DNA of 42,944 nt from a virus (lineage: Duplodnaviria; Caudoviricetes). Each line of letters starts with the position of its first letter. Within the stretch, counting starts at the first letter, position 1. This document shows, in pieces, positions 40,749-42,944 of this stretch. The notes under the pieces were generated by a model. The model searched no databases, had not been told where the DNA came from, and saw nothing but the letters and a program-made list of their open reading frames with translations. The DNA is taken from the IMG/VR virus record IMGVR_UViG_3300017754_002694, positions 1 to 42,944 of that record, one strand, 5' to 3'. The translations under genes were made by a program, and so were the position numbers.

Positions 40749-40766
40749 GCAGGCTATTCTGCATGA
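40745..40766. promoter_or_regulatory. Palindrome spanning both divergent start codons (candidate operator)
   Basis: TCATGCAG-GCTATT-CTGCATGA. Confidence 0.55.
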
Positions 40767-40966
40767 CAACCATCAAGAATAAAAGCAAGAAGCTCGGACG
40801 CCCTCGTATCTACGCCGACGGCGGCACCATGGTCTACTTCCGACTGCCCACCAAGCGCATGGGCAAGGTGCTGCGCAAGATGGCCAAGCTCAAGGACATG
40901 ACGGTGTCCGCCTACGTTCGGTCCATCGTTGAGGGCAAGATGCTTCAGCTCTGGGACCGCATCTAG
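40763..40966 (+). CDS. Ribbon-helix-helix-like DNA-binding protein
   Basis: GRPR, beta strand MVYFRL, then helix-helix MTVSAYVRSIV. Confidence 0.75.
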   Translation: MTTIKNKSKKLGRPRIYADGGTMVYFRLPTKRMGKVLRKMAKLKDMTVSAYVRSIVEGKMLQLWDRI

Positions 40967-40984
40967 ACCCGAATTCTGGCCAGC

Positions 40985-41012
40985 TTGACACCTACCCCCT
41001 CGAGGCTATGCT
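40985..41012 (+). promoter_or_regulatory. Sigma70-type promoter for the late operon
   Basis: TTGACA-16 nt-TATGCT in intergenic DNA. Confidence 0.65.
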
Positions 41013-41064
41013 CCGACCCGTACGCCCACATGGGCGGAAGTCAACACGAAACCGAGGTACTCGC

Positions 41065-41124
41065 ATGAAGGGCAAGAAGATGAGCGGCAAGGGCAAGGGC
41101 GGCATGAAGGGCAAGGGGTACTAG
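41065..41124 (+). CDS. 19-aa basic peptide MKGKKMSGKGKGGMKGKGY
   Basis: GAGG RBS; first ORF after the promoter; the next ATG follows 2 nt after its stop. Confidence 0.6.
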   Translation: MKGKKMSGKGKGGMKGKGY

Positions 41125-41126
41125 AC

Positions 41127-41276
41127 ATGAAGTGCTCCTCCTTTCCCGTGGGCTCGGGCAACTCCGGCTCGATGAGCAAGGGCAAGCCGAATCAGGCCAA
41201 GAGCACGGGCACGCTCAAGACGGGCGCTCGTGGTTCGGCCATGACCAAGGCTCCTCGTCCGTTCAAGGGTCAGTAG
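41127..41276 (+). CDS. 49-aa K/G/S-rich basic peptide
   Basis: Translated by hand; 2-nt gaps on both sides. Confidence 0.65.
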   Translation: MKCSSFPVGSGNSGSMSKGKPNQAKSTGTLKTGARGSAMTKAPRPFKGQ

Positions 41277-41278
41277 TC

Positions 41279-41650
41279 ATGCCGGTGCCCCTTACCCCGT
41301 ATCCGCCGTCTCGGTGGATGGTGTTGGACTTCTCGGCCTCCACCGCAGCGCAGTTCCCCACCAACGGGCAAGGCGGCACCACCACTACTGCTTCCTCGTC
41401 CGCTCTGTTCGGGGCACAGAAGGTCATCATCACCGGCATCGCGATTCTTGCGGCGCCAACCGGAGCATCGACGATCACGCTCGTGAACATGGCTGGAACT
41501 GACCTGTTCCCCTACAGCATCTCCTCGAACGCAGCGGCAGATCGCACGACTCCTCCGCTGTGGATTGAGCTCAAGCACGGCTTTGGCGTCAAGGCCGCTG
41601 TGACCGATGCGAACCTGCGCGTTCTAGTCTCCTACATCCACGCCAACTGA
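41279..41650 (+). CDS. Putative small beta-rich virion protein
   Basis: Start reassigned to MPVPLTP; T/A/S-rich. Confidence 0.65.
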   Translation: MPVPLTPYPPSRWMVLDFSASTAAQFPTNGQGGTTTTASSSALFGAQKVIITGIAILAAPTGASTITLVNMAGTDLFPYSISSNAAADRTTPPLWIELKHGFGVKAAVTDANLRVLVSYIHAN

Positions 41651-41651
41651 C

Positions 41652-42023
41652 ATGATCGCAATCGTCGATGTTGGTGGCACGCATACGCTCGGCACTACGT
41701 ACCACCCGATCAACATGCACACGGGCGCTGTGCAGGATCATGCGGCGTATCTGGTCAACGGACAGAACGTCACGAAGTCTGCCGGCAAGGTCGTGATCAA
41801 CCAGATCATTCTGCTCGTGGCTCCTTCGGCCACCGTGTTCACGTACCAGATCCGATCCATCGATGACGCAACGCTGATCCTTCAGGGGAACATCGGTGGA
41901 AACGCGGCAGTGAACCGAGAGGTCATCCCGTGTCCGATCGAGATCGATCGACCGGTTGCGTTCCGGTTCATCACGGCTGGCCTTGGCCCCGTCCTCATCG
42001 ACTACGACATCGCACAGATCTGA
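41652..42023 (+). CDS. Putative small beta-rich virion protein
   Basis: Same length as the preceding gene (123 aa); tight spacing. Confidence 0.65.
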   Translation: MIAIVDVGGTHTLGTTYHPINMHTGAVQDHAAYLVNGQNVTKSAGKVVINQIILLVAPSATVFTYQIRSIDDATLILQGNIGGNAAVNREVIPCPIEIDRPVAFRFITAGLGPVLIDYDIAQI

Positions 42024-42298
42024 TGCGCTTCGCAGCAACTGCATCGTCTCTCTCCGATGAGAGCTACCGCGAGATCGAGCGCCTGCTGGGCTCTGGCAAG
42101 GCGCTCACGTTCGACGACATCAGCGAGGACTTCGTCGTTCGCATGATGCTCGACACGCTCAAGACCTGCAAGCGACCGCAGGTTGCGCATCAGCTGCTTC
42201 GCACGCTCGCCGAGATCAAGGGCATGCTCCAGCAGTCGAAGTCAAAGAGTGCGGCCGCCGCTTCGGCGCAGGATGCTCTGAACCGTCTCCGTTCCTGA
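42023..42298 (+). CDS. Putative terminase small subunit
   Basis: TGATG coupling; helical, LRTLAEIKGML; last + strand gene before terL. Confidence 0.45.
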   Translation: MRFAATASSLSDESYREIERLLGSGKALTFDDISEDFVVRMMLDTLKTCKRPQVAHQLLRTLAEIKGMLQQSKSKSAAAASAQDALNRLRS

Positions 42299-42568
42299 GC
42301 CCTTCTTCTGGATCTCCATACGCTTGACCTTGTCGTAAGCGTAGTCGGACATCCACATGCCGATCGGTCCCTTGGCCGCCCACACGGTGAACCCAGCAGG
42401 GTTCTCGGCAGACAGCGCCTCCCGCATGAGAGCCGCAACGATCGCGTCGATCTGGCGATCGGTGTAGATGCTCTCAAGCTTGGCGATCCAGTCCACGAAC
42501 TTGGCCCGACCCATCTTCAGGTCGATGCGCTTTTCGTACTCCTTCAGGATGGCGAACTTGCGTGTCAT
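42242..42568 (-). CDS. Hypothetical helical protein with NPAGF motif
   Basis: Coding-like codon usage; fills the gap between putative terS and terL. Confidence 0.65.
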   Translation of the reverse strand: MTRKFAILKEYEKRIDLKMGRAKFVDWIAKLESIYTDRQIDAIVAALMREALSAENPAGFTVWAAKGPIGMWMSDYAYDKVKRMEIQKKGSGTETVQSILRRSGGRTL

Positions 42569-42588
42569 GAAGTAGTCTGTACAGAATA

Positions 42589-42944
42589 ATGTCCAAGCTG
42601 TCAAGAGAAGAGGAAGACCTGATCGTCAAGCAGATCTGCGCGACGGTGAAGGCTGGGCCGATGCGCGAGTACGCGCTGCACAACGCTCTTCTTGGCCACA
42701 AGGTCGTTGGCCGGCGCGAGTACATCGAGCGCGTGATCCAGCTGCAGGACAAGAAGACCGGCACGTGGGGGCGCTGGAAGTTCAACGGAGTTCAGCGCAA
42801 GGTTGAGGCCATCCGCCTTCGCACGCAACGCGCCGGCAAGCCGGAACGCTACTGCACGCTCAAGGCCCGCAAGTGGGGCTTCTCGACGTTGTGGCTGGGC
42901 TATGGTGTCGAGTACGTCACGCGCACGCCCAACGCTCGTGGAGT
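42589..42944 (+). CDS. terL: Terminase large subunit, N-terminal part (runs off the window end)
   Basis: Translated by hand: MSKLSREEE...FNGVQ...LKARKWGFST (Walker A)...TPNARG. Confidence 0.92.
   Translation, partial: MSKLSREEEDLIVKQICATVKAGPMREYALHNALLGHKVVGRREYIERVIQLQDKKTGTWGRWKFNGVQRKVEAIRLRTQRAGKPERYCTLKARKWGFSTLWLGYGVEYVTRTPNARG

Noticed and set aside
41132-41278. N-terminal extension of ORF 41132-41650
   Set aside because: Better explained by the 49-aa ORF in another frame and a start at 41279.

Overview
The window is a near-complete, circularly permuted genome of a GC-rich tailed phage with podovirus-like (T7/P22-type) architecture; the large terminase gene runs off the right end and resumes at base 1. 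The + strand carries the late module: terminase, portal, scaffold, major capsid, adaptor, a two-part nozzle with inserted LamG-like domains and three ejection-type proteins, the last 3636 aa. The - strand (30043-37742) carries a Rad52/Sak annealase, a Cas4-like nuclease and about 15 mostly small early genes, most preceded by the same AC-rich RBS motif. The main result is at the head of this early operon: a complete type II hammerhead ribozyme (37783-37847, - strand) about 70 nt before the first gene, preceded by a hairpin-dense ~450-nt candidate ncRNA. Other notable items are a small basic phage gene overprinted inside the giant gene, a second structured element where the two operons converge, helically phased repeats in the control region and a 16-aa-repeat acidic protein. 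I recognised no polymerase, helicase, primase, integrase, endolysin, tRNA or CRISPR array. All calls come from reading motifs and synteny by eye; no searches or folding programs were run.
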